From positions 1 through 64,000 of the forward strand of contig MEDX01000004.1 of NCBI GenBank assembly GCA_001724245.1: 64,000 nucleotides of DNA, written 5' to 3'. The notes below the pieces were generated by a model that saw only the letters and a list, made by a program, of their open reading frames with translations, had not been told where the DNA came from and did not search any database. Below, piece by piece: positions 24,561 through 35,972 of the stretch. Source of the stretch: Fonticula-like sp. SCN 57-25 (lineage: Eukaryota). A program made the position numbers and the translations under genes. How positions within the stretch are numbered: position 1 is the first letter of the stretch; each line of letters starts with the position of its first letter.

Positions 24561-25691
24561 ATGCCACCCCGCAAGATCCCTCGTTCGGCTGCTGCCACAA
24601 CTCTTTTGGCCGCAGCAAAGAAGCCAAACCGCCCGCGAGCAAGCACCGTTGCATCTCGCGCCGTTTCATCCAAATCCCAGACGACGAAGCCCAAGGCCGC
24701 TGTTTCTAAGCCGACAAAGAGCAAACGATTGACATCGAGCAAGCCTCTTCCTGTGAAGCCTCGTGTAGCCAAAGCCAAGTCTGCCGCCGCAAAGAGCGCT
24801 GTTTTGAAGCGCCAGGCGGCCAAGCCGACAAAGCCGGTCAAGCCCAGCAGCAATGCGGCGGGTCCCAAGGCGGCAGCTAAATTGACGGTTGCCAAGAAGC
24901 CGGCAGCGTCATCAACAAGGTCCTCTGCTCGCGCGCCAGCCAAGCCGCTTGTCGCGACGACTTTGAAGGCAGGAACATCCAAGGCAAAGCCGGTGGCGGT
25001 TAAGACGCCGACGCGCTCACCAAAGACCTCCAAGACGGGCACTGCAGACAAGAATTCTGGGCGAGGCGTGTCGGTTCGGCGCACGTCTGCGACGCCGGTC
25101 AAGGTCGTCAAGCCTCGCGCACCCGCACGTGAGAGCCCTGCTGCAAAGAAGACGCCGGCGCGTGGCAGCCCTGCTGTCAAGAAGGCGGCTGTGCGCGAGA
25201 GCCCTGCTGTGAAGAAGACGGCTACTCGTGACAGTCCTGCTGTGAAGAAGATGGTTGCGCGCGAGAGTCCTGCTGCAAAGAAGGCTGTTTCAACGCCTGT
25301 CAGAAAAGCGCCGCTGGAGCGGAAACCCGCTGCCGAAAAGCCGCAGGTGGGCCGCCCGGCGTCGAGGAGGAATCCCGCACCGAGCACACCGGTGGACAAG
25401 AAACCTCTCGCCAGGAAGCCCGCGGCAAAGGAGCCGACCGCCAGCCAGGAGCGTGCCACCAAGAAGCCCGCGGGCAAGAAAGCGGCTGCCAAGCCCTCTG
25501 CACCAGTTGCAGCTGTAGCTAACCCCGCTCAGGCCACTGCCGCTGCGGCCCCCGCGGTAATGGCTCCGCCCGCAGCAGCTCCTGCCCCTGAGCCGGTGCT
25601 TGAGGAGAGCCTTGAGCTTCCCGATTTGGCGCCTCTTCGAACGCCCGTCCGCAGCGCTGCTGCACCTTCCTATTACCGTTGGCGTGCATAG
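24561..25691 (+). CDS. Highly basic Lys/Ala/Pro-rich protein resembling a histone H1 tail, with five 11-aa RESPAxKK repeats
   Basis: Open frame from MPPRKIP; 33-nt periodic repeat at ~25120-25290; no recognisable globular domain. Confidence 0.65.
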   Translation: MPPRKIPRSAAATTLLAAAKKPNRPRASTVASRAVSSKSQTTKPKAAVSKPTKSKRLTSSKPLPVKPRVAKAKSAAAKSAVLKRQAAKPTKPVKPSSNAAGPKAAAKLTVAKKPAASSTRSSARAPAKPLVATTLKAGTSKAKPVAVKTPTRSPKTSKTGTADKNSGRGVSVRRTSATPVKVVKPRAPARESPAAKKTPARGSPAVKKAAVRESPAVKKTATRDSPAVKKMVARESPAAKKAVSTPVRKAPLERKPAAEKPQVGRPASRRNPAPSTPVDKKPLARKPAAKEPTASQERATKKPAGKKAAAKPSAPVAAVANPAQATAAAAPAVMAPPAAAPAPEPVLEESLELPDLAPLRTPVRSAAAPSYYRWRA

Positions 25692-26076
25692 TTTTTTCTT
25701 TATTTTCGCTGTTGTTCATTGTCACAATACACTTTACGCTGTTTTCATGGCTTTTCGCGCACTTTTCCTCAATCAATCGCGGTGTCATCGCTTTTGTGAT
25801 TGATAGGAAGGGACCTTGTGGGATTGACGATCGTGATTCATCAGGGTCCCTTTTCGATCGACATATGAAAAGGCGCGACTATAAAAGGCAGCGAGGCCAG
25901 TTCTTTCCTGTCGTCTGCCCGAGTGCTGACGAACGGAACGGGCGGAGAGCCTGTGAGGTTTCGGCAGTCTCGACGCGAGGCCAGGGGTTGCGCGCGCGTG
26001 TTATAGTGAGCTCGCGCTCGCGTCCTTCTGGCTTTTTCGTTCTTTTTTCTTTTGTTTCTGCGTCTAGTACGTTAAG

Positions 26077-29000
26077 ATGAAGGACTTTCCGTTCTCGACC
26101 GCGCCGATCCGCGGCGTGCGCGCGGTTCAATTCGGAATCTTGTCACCGGAGGAAATTCAAAAGATGGCTGTCTTGGAGGTGATCCACCCCGAGTCCTTTG
26201 ACATGGGAAGCAATGTTCCTAAGCGCGATGGTCTGGCGGACCCGCGCATGGGCACAACGGAGCGTGATCGCCTCTGCGCGACGTGCAACGGCTCGTACAT
26301 TGACTGCCCCGGGCACTTTGGCTACATCAAGCTCGCCAAGCCGGTGTACCACATTGGTTTTGTTGACAAGGTCTACAAGGTACTGCACAGCGTGTGCCAC
26401 AAGTGCTCGCGCCTACTCGTGCCGGATCGCAGCTCGACTGCTTTCAAGGAGGTGATGTCGATCAAGGATGGTAAATTGCGCGCCAAGCAGCTGGCTGCTC
26501 GTAATCTGATCCGCAACGACGAGTGCGTGAAGAGCGAGACGGGCATTGGCGGCTGCGGCTCCAAGCAGCCCAAGCTTCGCCGCAAAAATTACCAGATTAC
26601 GGCGCACTATTCGAGCAAGGCCGACGAGGAGGGCACGACTGTGCGCGAGGAGAGCCTCACGGCGGACAAGGCGTACGCGATCCTGCACGGCATCTCGGAC
26701 GAGGACTGCTACGCTCTCGGCTATGACCCGAAGCAGTCGCGGCCCGAGTGGATGATCATCCGCAACATGCCCGTCTGCCCGCCGCAGGTGCGCCCGAGCA
26801 TCATGCACGACTCGTCGCGCCCCAGCCAGGACGACTTGACGTACAGCTTGGGCCTCATTATCAAGGACAACATGAACCTCAAGCGCAGCGAGGCCGAGGG
26901 CCACGCGGGCCACATCGTCCAGAAGAACTACCAAATGCTGCAGTACCGCATCACGGTCTACTTTGACAACGAGGTGCCCGGCGTCCCGGTGAGCGCGCAA
27001 AAGTCTGGTCGCTCGCTCAAGTCGATCCGCCAGCGCCTAAAGGGCAAGGAAGGCCGCATTCGAGGCAACTTGATGGGTAAGCGTGTCGACTTTTCGGCGC
27101 GTACGGTTATTGGCCCCGACCCGAGCTTGTCGCTCGACCAGGTCGGCGTCCCTCGGTCGATTGCCGCCAACCTGACGTTCCCCGAGATTGTGACCGCGTT
27201 CAACATGGACCGCCTTCAGGGCCTCGTCGAGAACGGCTCGACGTACCCCGGTGTCCGCTATGTCATCCGCGACGACGGCGAGCGCATCGACCTGCGCTTT
27301 GCAAAGTCGCGCGACATTCACCTGCAGCCGGGCTACATTGTGGAGCGCCACATCATCGACGACGATCTCGTGCTTTTCAACCGCCAGCCGTCGCTGCACA
27401 AAATGTCCATGATGGGTCACCGCATCAAGGTCATGCCGTACTCGACCTTCCGCCTGAACCTGTCGGTGACGACGCCCTACAACGCCGATTTCGACGGTGA
27501 CGAAATGAATTTGCACGTGCCGCAGACGATCGAGGCGCGCACCGAGCTGTTGCAGCTTGCCATGGTCCCCACGCAGATTATCAGTCCGCAAGCCAACAAG
27601 CCCGTCATGGGTATTGTGCAGGACTCGCTGAACGGCATCAACAAGTTTACGCGCCGCGACTGCTTCCTGGACCGCAGCATGGTCATGCAGCTGCTCATGT
27701 GGCTGCCCGACTGGAACGGCATCCTCCCCGTCCCGGCCATTCTCAAGCCCAAGCCGCTGTGGACTGGCAAGCAGATCTTTTCCATGCTCATCCCGAGCGA
27801 CATTAACGTGCTGCGCCACCACGCGGCCCACAATGACGCCGAGAACACGAGCCCCTACCGCGACATTACGCCGGGTGACACGCGCGTGCTCATTGAGAAC
27901 GGCCTCCTGCTGACCGGCATGGTGTGCAAGAAGACTATTGGTTCGGCACAGGGCGGTCTCATCCACGTCATCTGCATCGAAAAGCAGCAGAACCCGCGCA
28001 TCGCCGCCGACTTTTTCACTCAAGTTCAGTACATTGTCAACAACTGGCTCCTGATCAACGGCTTTTCCGTCGGTATCGGCGACGGTATTGCCAGCATCGG
28101 CACCATGCAGCGCATCCAGGAGATCATGGACCGCAACAAGGTCAAGGTGCGCGACCTCGTCCAGCAGGCGCGCCTCGGCAACCTCGATGCGGAGAAGGGT
28201 ATGACCCTGCGCGAGTCGTTTGAGAGCGCCGTGAACACGATTCTGTCTGCCACGCGCGAGGAGGCCGGCAAGCTGGCCGCCATGTCGCTCAAGCAGGACA
28301 ACAACTTTAAGCAGATGGTGTACGCCGGCTCCAAGGGTTCGACTATCAATATTTCCCAGATCGCTGCGTGCGTCGGTCAGCAGAACGTCGAAGGCAAGCG
28401 CATTCCTTTTGGCTTCCGCGACCGCACGCTCCCGCACTTTATGAAGGACGACTTTGGCCCCGAGTCTCGCGGCTTTGTCAGTAACAGTTACCTTACCGGT
28501 CTGCTCCCGCAAGAGTTCTTCTTCCACGCCATGGGTGGTCGCGAGGGTCTTATCGATACCGCCGTGAAGACGTCCGAGACGGGTTACATCCAGCGTCGTC
28601 TCGTCAAGGGCATGGAAGACGTGATTGTGCGCTACGACGGCACGGTCCGCAACTCGGTCGGCGAGGTGGTCCAGTTCCTCTACGGCGAGGACGGCCTCAA
28701 CGGCGGCTTTATCGAGCAGCAAAAGGTGGAGCTCATGTCGCTCAACAATGCACGCTTTGAGCGCCGCTACCGCATCGACATGGACCCGACCAAGCCGACG
28801 TACCTCTTTTCGGACCGCTCGACGGTCGTCACGCCGTCGGTCATCAAGCTCGTCTCGGCCAACTTTGCCGAGGTGCAGCGCGCGGTCGAGGCCGAGTTTG
28901 CCCAGATCGTCGAGGACCGCCGCGTGCTCCGCGAGGAGATTTACCTCAAGCTGCGCGGTGACGTTGCGTACCTGCCCGTCAACCTCGACCGCCTCATCTG

Positions 29001-31386
29001 GACCGCGCAGACGATGCACCGCCTCGACAAGCGCCGCCCGTCCAACCTCTACCCGCTCAACATTATCAAGAGCGTGCAGCAGCTGCTGGAGCGCGTCGTG
29101 GTCGTGCCCGGCACGGACGCCATGTCGGTCACCGCGAACGAGGATGCCACGCTTTTCTTCAAGATTCACGTGCGCGCCAGTCTCTCGGTGAAGCGCGTCC
29201 TGGAAGAGTTCCGCCTGGACGACCGCGCTTTTGCTTGGGTGGTCGCGCAGATTGAGAGCCGCTTTATCCAGTCGCTGTGCTACCCCGGCGAGACGGTCGG
29301 CACCATTGCCGCTCAGTCGATCGGTGAGCCCGCCACGCAGATGACGCTCAACACCTTCCACAGCGCCGGTATCGGTGCCAAGAACGTGACGCTCGGTGTG
29401 CCTCGTCTCAAGGAGTTGATCAACGTGGCAAAGACCATCAAGACGCCCTCGCTGACCGTGTACCTCAAGCCCGAGTTTGCGCAGGATCTCAACCGCGCCA
29501 AGAGCGTGCAGGCTTCGATTGAGCACGCGACGCTGCGCAAGGTGACGGCAATGAGCGAGATTTACTTTGACCCGGACCCGTTTAACACGGTGATCGAGGA
29601 GGACCAGTACTTTGTGCAGACCTTTATGGAGTTTGAGCACTCTGACCTGGACCGCGAGTCGGTGTCGCCGTGGATGCTGCGCCTTACGCTCGACCGCAAG
29701 ATGATGCTCGACAAGTCGCTTACAATGCACGACATTGCCAAGCGCCTCAAGGAAGAGTATGGCAGTGCGGTGCTTTGCGTCTTCAACGACGACAACGCCA
29801 AGGACCTTGTGTTCCGCATCCGCCTGGTCGGCGACGTCGGGGGCAAGGACGACGACATGGACGAGTCTGGCGATGTCAAGCTGCGCCAGATGGAGTCCGC
29901 TATGCTCAGCGGCCTGACGCTGCAGGGCGTGCAGGGCATCCAGCGTGTCAAGATTGACAGCGACGCGCCGTGGCGCTTTGATGAAGTTTCTGGCGGTCTT
30001 GTGAACGACAAGGAGCGCTTCAAGGAGAACTTTTTGCGCACATCGGGCACCAACTACCGCACGGTGCTCTGCCACGAGAGCGTCGACCACGCTCGTACCA
30101 TCTCCAACAGCGTCACCGAGACGCTCGAGGTGCTCGGCATTGAGGCGGCGCGCCTCGCCCTTCTGCGCGAGATCAAGGTGGTTATTGAGTTTGACGGTAA
30201 CTATGTCAACTACCGCCACTTGGCGCTGCTCTGCGACGTCATGACGTACAAGGGCATCCTCATGTCGATCACGCGCCACGGCATCAACCGCAACTCGACC
30301 GGCCCGCTCATGCGCTGCTCGTTTGAGGAGACGGTCGAGATCCTGCTCGAGGCCGCCGCCTTTGCCGAGACGGACCAGATGAAGGGCGTGTCGGAGAACA
30401 TCATGCTCGGCCAGCTGGCGCCGCTCGGAACGGGTCAGTTTGACCTTCTCCTCGACGACGGCGCGGTCGAGCACGCCATGGCCATCGACCTCTCTGCCGG
30501 AATGCACCACCAGATGGACATGAACTATTACGCAGAGGGAGGAATGACGCCGCGCAAGTTTGACGCGTTCTCGCCAGTGTACAGTCAGCACTCGCCCGTG
30601 CGCAAGAACCTCAGCTTCTCGCCCGCGTACGTCGGCTCGGCAACGCCGCGCGTCGGCAACTTGTCGCCGTCGTATTCGCCTACGAGCCCGTCATACTCGC
30701 CTACGAGCCCGTCGTACTCGCCCACGAGCCCGTCTTATTCGCCGACGTCGCCTTCGTACTCGCCGACGTCGCCGTCATATTCACCGACGTCACCCTCGTA
30801 CTCGCCGACGTCGCCGTCGTACTCGCCGACGTCGCCTTCCTATTCACCGACGTCGCCGGCCTACTCGCCGACAAGCCCGTCGTACTCGCCGACGAGCCCG
30901 TCATATTCGCCCACGAGCCCTTCGTACTCGCCGACGTCACCTTCGTACTCTCCTACGAGCCCGTCGTACTCGCCGACAAGTCCGTCGTACTCGCCGACGT
31001 CGCCTTCGTACTCCCCTACAAGCCCGTCGTACTCGCCGACGAGCCCGTCCTATTCACCGACGTCGCCTTCGTACTCGCCGACGTCGCCCTCGTACTCACC
31101 CACGAGCCCGTCGTACTCGCCGACGTCACCTTCGTACTCGCCGACGAGCCCGTCCTATTCGCCGACGAGCCCGACGTACTCGCCGACATCGCCGACGTAC
31201 TCGCCTACGAGCCCGACATACTCGCCGACGAGCCCGACGTACTCGCCGACGTCCCCGACATACTCGCCGACGTCCCCGACGTACTCGCCGACGTCGCCTT
31301 CGTACTCACCGGCGGCGTCCGGATACACCGCGCATTCCCCTTCTTACGCCCCTGATCCGGCCAAGAAGAACCAGAAGCGCACCTGA
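26077..31386 (+). CDS. RPB1: RNA polymerase II largest subunit, intronless
   Basis: CPGHFG, GKRVDFSAR, YNADFDGDEMN, QMTLNTFH, and a YSPTSPS CTD. Confidence 0.99.
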   Translation: MKDFPFSTAPIRGVRAVQFGILSPEEIQKMAVLEVIHPESFDMGSNVPKRDGLADPRMGTTERDRLCATCNGSYIDCPGHFGYIKLAKPVYHIGFVDKVYKVLHSVCHKCSRLLVPDRSSTAFKEVMSIKDGKLRAKQLAARNLIRNDECVKSETGIGGCGSKQPKLRRKNYQITAHYSSKADEEGTTVREESLTADKAYAILHGISDEDCYALGYDPKQSRPEWMIIRNMPVCPPQVRPSIMHDSSRPSQDDLTYSLGLIIKDNMNLKRSEAEGHAGHIVQKNYQMLQYRITVYFDNEVPGVPVSAQKSGRSLKSIRQRLKGKEGRIRGNLMGKRVDFSARTVIGPDPSLSLDQVGVPRSIAANLTFPEIVTAFNMDRLQGLVENGSTYPGVRYVIRDDGERIDLRFAKSRDIHLQPGYIVERHIIDDDLVLFNRQPSLHKMSMMGHRIKVMPYSTFRLNLSVTTPYNADFDGDEMNLHVPQTIEARTELLQLAMVPTQIISPQANKPVMGIVQDSLNGINKFTRRDCFLDRSMVMQLLMWLPDWNGILPVPAILKPKPLWTGKQIFSMLIPSDINVLRHHAAHNDAENTSPYRDITPGDTRVLIENGLLLTGMVCKKTIGSAQGGLIHVICIEKQQNPRIAADFFTQVQYIVNNWLLINGFSVGIGDGIASIGTMQRIQEIMDRNKVKVRDLVQQARLGNLDAEKGMTLRESFESAVNTILSATREEAGKLAAMSLKQDNNFKQMVYAGSKGSTINISQIAACVGQQNVEGKRIPFGFRDRTLPHFMKDDFGPESRGFVSNSYLTGLLPQEFFFHAMGGREGLIDTAVKTSETGYIQRRLVKGMEDVIVRYDGTVRNSVGEVVQFLYGEDGLNGGFIEQQKVELMSLNNARFERRYRIDMDPTKPTYLFSDRSTVVTPSVIKLVSANFAEVQRAVEAEFAQIVEDRRVLREEIYLKLRGDVAYLPVNLDRLIWTAQTMHRLDKRRPSNLYPLNIIKSVQQLLERVVVVPGTDAMSVTANEDATLFFKIHVRASLSVKRVLEEFRLDDRAFAWVVAQIESRFIQSLCYPGETVGTIAAQSIGEPATQMTLNTFHSAGIGAKNVTLGVPRLKELINVAKTIKTPSLTVYLKPEFAQDLNRAKSVQASIEHATLRKVTAMSEIYFDPDPFNTVIEEDQYFVQTFMEFEHSDLDRESVSPWMLRLTLDRKMMLDKSLTMHDIAKRLKEEYGSAVLCVFNDDNAKDLVFRIRLVGDVGGKDDDMDESGDVKLRQMESAMLSGLTLQGVQGIQRVKIDSDAPWRFDEVSGGLVNDKERFKENFLRTSGTNYRTVLCHESVDHARTISNSVTETLEVLGIEAARLALLREIKVVIEFDGNYVNYRHLALLCDVMTYKGILMSITRHGINRNSTGPLMRCSFEETVEILLEAAAFAETDQMKGVSENIMLGQLAPLGTGQFDLLLDDGAVEHAMAIDLSAGMHHQMDMNYYAEGGMTPRKFDAFSPVYSQHSPVRKNLSFSPAYVGSATPRVGNLSPSYSPTSPSYSPTSPSYSPTSPSYSPTSPSYSPTSPSYSPTSPSYSPTSPSYSPTSPSYSPTSPAYSPTSPSYSPTSPSYSPTSPSYSPTSPSYSPTSPSYSPTSPSYSPTSPSYSPTSPSYSPTSPSYSPTSPSYSPTSPSYSPTSPSYSPTSPSYSPTSPSYSPTSPTYSPTSPTYSPTSPTYSPTSPTYSPTSPTYSPTSPTYSPTSPSYSPAASGYTAHSPSYAPDPAKKNQKRT
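30673..31302 (+). repeat. RPB1 CTD, 30 tandem heptads (21-nt period)
   Basis: 630 nt = 30 heptads: 23 YSPTSPS, 1 YSPTSPA and 6 consecutive distal YSPTSPT. Confidence 0.95.
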
Positions 31387-31712
31387 GCCGCTATGGGCTA
31401 GGAATCAAAAGCAAAAAAAGCAAGCCGCAGGCCAACAGATTACCCTGTAGTTGTATACTATCATTTCCTTTTCATAATTTTGAAAAACAACAATAACAAA
31501 GCAATGTATGTACGTCTCTTCTTTCCGCTTCTTTCAGACAGTTTTCGTAGGAGGCTAAGGCGTCATCTTACGGTTCTTTGCGAATTCACGACCAATTGCT
31601 GAAATGATGAGTCATCATTGCGATTTCCGTGGTTGTGATTGGACGGCGGGCCGTTTTGGCGGGCTTGGTTTGGCGTCATTGTCGCGTTGCGGGTAGGTTG
31701 AAAGAGTAGGCG

Positions 31713-33504
31713 ATGACGGTGTCGGCGGCAGCCATAGGGCTGGACGCGCAGTATGCGCGGCTAGTTGAAGCGTCGGGCGGGGTACCTGAAGCGGCGCTTG
31801 CTGTGGATGATCGCCTTGCTCATGTCCGGAACGGCACGGCGGATGTCCGGGATGTGCTTCACATAGAGTGGGAGAGCCCAGAGGTCGCGTCGCATGTTAT
31901 TGCGCGCGCGGCGCTCGCGACTCTCCGCCTTCTTCAAACTGAGCTGATTGAGACCGCAGCTCCCCTTCATGAGGACATTGTCTATTGGAATCGTGTTCGG
32001 AGCGCCGATCTCCGCGTTATCATTGCGAGCATCTCTGAGGCCCCCTTTCGGTACGCGCGTGCTGCGCGGCAGGCTGTGCGGGATCGCACGTATCGGCCGA
32101 TCTTGCCGCTTTGGCCCGGTCTGGCACATGCACGGCAGTCGTTTTCCGAGCACGTACAGGCGATCAAGCGCGTGCGCGAAGTTCATGCCGACGCGATCGG
32201 CGCACTGTCTGCCGTCGCGCTTCCCGTCTCCGATGACGTAGACCTGTCCAAGGTGGCGAGCATCCTCGCGCTGGTTTCCATTGCCATGATTGAGTACGCC
32301 GAGTCGTTTGAGTGGACGCGCGCTGTGAGCGAGACGGGCGAGGAGGCGCGCGTGCGCATGCTGGAAGCCGCAGCCGCGGGCATGTCGTCGACGGCGGCGC
32401 ATGACGCTACGGTGGCGCAGCTGCTCGCTGTGCTCGAGCGCGTCGACGAGCACCGCTGGCTGATCCGCCGCCAGCGCCTTTACGGTCACCTTACCCCGCG
32501 GCGCCTCCAGCGCTTTTGGCTGGTGGGCGTCATTGGCGGCGTCGCAGCCTACAACTCGGCATCGTTTATCTTTGGGCGGCGCATGGATATTCTGGACATG
32601 CTCATGAGCGCCTCGGATACGGTGGCGAGCTTTCTCAATCAGTGGGTGTACGAGCCGCTGCAGAACGTGTTTGCGACGATGCGGTACCGGGAGGAGAGCC
32701 TCGCGACGATGCGACGCGACTCGCTGCGCGCCGACCTCGAGTCGCTTGAGCGCATGGTCAAGGACTACGTGCGCGATACGGCCCCGCTCGCCGACGAAAA
32801 CGCCACAATGTACGCGGCCGTAAAGGGCGACCTTTCCATTATCAACAACCAGTACGAGGCGAACCTCCGCACGCCCTTTCGCTCAGTCCTCTTTGGCGAC
32901 ATGGCGCGCGTCATGCTCATCCAAATTCAAAAGACAAAGGTACGTTTTTGCCGTGTATAGTTTTTTTTTTCTGACTGACCGCCCTCTTTCCTGCCTTTGC
33001 CTTCTTCTATAGGTGGACATTGAGACGGCCATGGCGTCGCTGGACCGCCTGCTCAAGGCGAACGAGCTAAACTTTGCGCTGCTTGCAGTGGGACCCGCCA
33101 TTCTGCTCGTCGGCGCCGCTGCGCTGGGCGTGCGCCGGATTGTTCGCGCGCAGTCGGGGACGCTGCTGCGGCAGGTGCACGAGAGGCTCCGCGGGACGCT
33201 GCGCGCCGTCGAGCGGCACCTCAACGGCGTCGACCCGGCCGCGCCCGAGTTCCCCGTGCGCTACCAGGGCTTCCTCGTCATGGAGGTGCGCGCCGGCGGC
33301 GGTTTCTGTTAACCCGCTCACGAATTTATCATTTTTTGACAGATGATTCTGCTGCGCACCAATGCCAATTTGCTGCCGCCCATCCAGCGCGACACTTTTC
33401 TCGACGACCTGCATGACCTTGAGCAGGCCGCCTTTTCGGTCGCCCAGCGCCTCAATACCGTCACAAGAATGCACCGGACCTACGCCTTTCTCAAGCCCGA
33501 GTAA
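31713..33504 (+). CDS. NCA2: Nuclear control of ATPase 2 / DGS1 family mitochondrial membrane protein
   Basis: RLQRFWL, FLNQWVYEPL..TMR, SLERMVKDY, RVMLIQIQKTK|VDIETAMASLDRLLKANELNFALLA. Two introns. Confidence 0.85.
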
Positions 33505-33952
33505 TATTATTTTGTATCATTATTTCATGTACCACGCAATCCATATCAATGACCAGCGAAGTGCTTCCTTTGACTGCGACGCAGAGCGGCGTGGATCATT
33601 CTACTTTGTACTTTGCTCCATGTTGGCTGAAATGGCCGCGGCCCGGCACTTGATGACCATGAACGCTTCTACACATTTCCTTGGAATAATCACGGTGTTC
33701 GGGTTCATGATCATGGAGCGCGGCGGGTGCGCGACCATTTTTTAATTAAAATCTTTGTAATCCCCGAACAAATCGAACAAAACCCGATCGGCTCATTAAT
33801 CCCGAGTTGACGTATCGATCGCTCCTTTTTAGGAAAGCGTCTGATTCATGGAGGGGAGTGATTGGCTGGCCGATAGTTGTTCAGGTGATTGTAGCACTCG
33901 TCGTGCTCTCTTTCTTCTTGAGCAGACCGAAAGCCCGCACGCGGTCATCACG

Positions 33953-35268
33953 ATGGAGGGAGTTACGCCTACAATGTATCCCTTTGGGATGTCGTGCAAG
34001 GAGTTTACCGGAGCGAACGAGGGCGTTTCCTTCTCGCAGTTCTATTTCATCTCTACAGCCTGCAAGTCTGATCACTTTGTCCTGAGCATCACATGGGCTT
34101 TCATCATTGTTGACTTGATCGCGGTGCGCAGCCATTTTTTGTCCACTCGATCTCATGGCGCGGCCACTGACTCTTTTCGTCATGCAGCTTGTCTTTACAT
34201 TAGCGATGTTTCTCCATACCGTAGTCGGGGCCAACAGGATTACGGTTCCTGGGCGCATCTCCTTGTACTCTTCCCTCGCTTTGGCCTGTACGTCCTTTGC
34301 CTTTCCTTTAATATAGCTAACGCCTGCCCCCTAGCGCGTGTCGTCGGTTTGCTCCTCACGCTGTATGCGGTCGCGTCGCCGATTCGGATGTTCTTCATGA
34401 CGCTTCCCCTTATTTTCACCTTTGTGTCAGGAAGCGTCCTCGAGTTCAACTGGCTCAAGGTGATGGCGCGCACTGACTGGAGCCGTATTGTGGGCCCGGG
34501 TGTGAAGCGGGATATGTTCAAAACGTCTATGATTCTTTGCTGCGTTGTCTTCTCCGTCGTTCTTACCGGAGCCTGGGCGATTGCTCCTCCGATTCTTCGC
34601 GCGCTGGGCTACTCCGCCCACGACATCAACATTTCAGTGTGGGTCGGGTTTGTTTGGATCGCTCTCTCGGTTTGGATCTTCCTTTGCCTTACCGTCATGT
34701 CGATTCGCAAGCTCGTTGGCGGGCTCTCGGGTATGGTTCATCACGCGGAAACTAGCGGCACCGGTGAGGTGCCGGACGCGGTCCTCTCGTTGCTGAAAAA
34801 GGTACGCAGGCGGCTTTTCTTTGTGTTGTTTTACCTCAAATTACATGTGCTCACATGTGTGTCCCGCAGATCAAGCTTGGCGGCTGGATGCTTGGAGCGG
34901 TTCTCGTCGTTGCTGGCTTGTCCATGACGGCGCTGGTCGTTAACGTTGTTCTCCAGGACTTTGACGCCGAGAATACGCTACTGTGGATTTACTTTGGCAT
35001 GGTGATGGCCGAGATTCTGGGGAATGTTGCTTTTGTCTACATGGGCGTTCGCCGCCGCGCTCAGTTTATCAGCACGTCGACGGGCGGCTCGACCGACATC
35101 AAGAGCAAAACGGCGCCGGGCAGCAAGAAGGGAACGCATACCGGCATCTCAAAGAACAACACCGAGCTGTCGGAGCTCGCGACGATGGACGACTACCTTA
35201 CAAAGACGAAGGAGATGCAGACCGAGTGGAATGACATGACCAACAACGCCTTTGCCTCGCCGGTGTAA
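33953..35268 (+). CDS. 7TM GPCR-like orphan protein, paralogue 1; 4 exons
   Basis: Seven hydrophobic segments after splicing three GT-AG introns; clear homology to copies 2-5. Confidence 0.8.
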
Positions 35269-35972
35269 GGAGCGGCGTGATCGTCCGTCTCGCTTCTGCA
35301 TTTCGCAATTTTGAACATATCGAATTTTATTTATACGCCAGCGTCCAGCGCAATGCCTTTCTCGACCATCTTAAGACCTCGAGCAAGCCGCCTTTTGAGT
35401 GCCGCGGCGCTTATCTTTCGCCACAAACATTCACCCGACCTACGTCTTTTCAAGCTAAATTTTGGTATTTTGTTGTATCAGTACCACATCACATTGATCT
35501 ATTACGAATGATGAATGAGCGCTGCCCTTTTGACGTAACGCGAATGCGGTATGAAATATAGACTTTTGCATCCACTCTCCCAATATGAAGGAAACTTTTC
35601 GAGCATACACAGATGATACGCGCAAAGGCGATGACCGCCGCCGGCCCTTTTTGACCACGTGGCATCGTAGTGCGTTCGGCTGGCTGCGTGATTTGCCCAA
35701 GGCTTCTGCGCGCGTACCGTGGAGGCAGGGGGAATCGAGGGGCGACCGCCCCGACCTGTGACCACCAAGGCGACCACCGACGGCGTCCCATACGAATCCA
35801 GGGTGGATTCGAACGTGGGGCAATCGGAGCTCCATTCCGTTTGGTCGCAATCTGTCGTTTTCTATTTAAAGACAATTTCTTGGGCGGTGATTGGATGCTC
35901 ACCGGGAACGCAATCGTTACGAGGCGTGCCACGCCGGGGAAAGAGACGAGCGAAAGACCGCAACCGCTGGCG

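Noticed and set aside
27037-30591. 1184-aa antisense ORF, and similar long antisense ORFs over HADHA, COPA and IKS1
   Set aside because: Shadow frames caused by strong GC3 codon bias of the sense genes; no recognisable domains.
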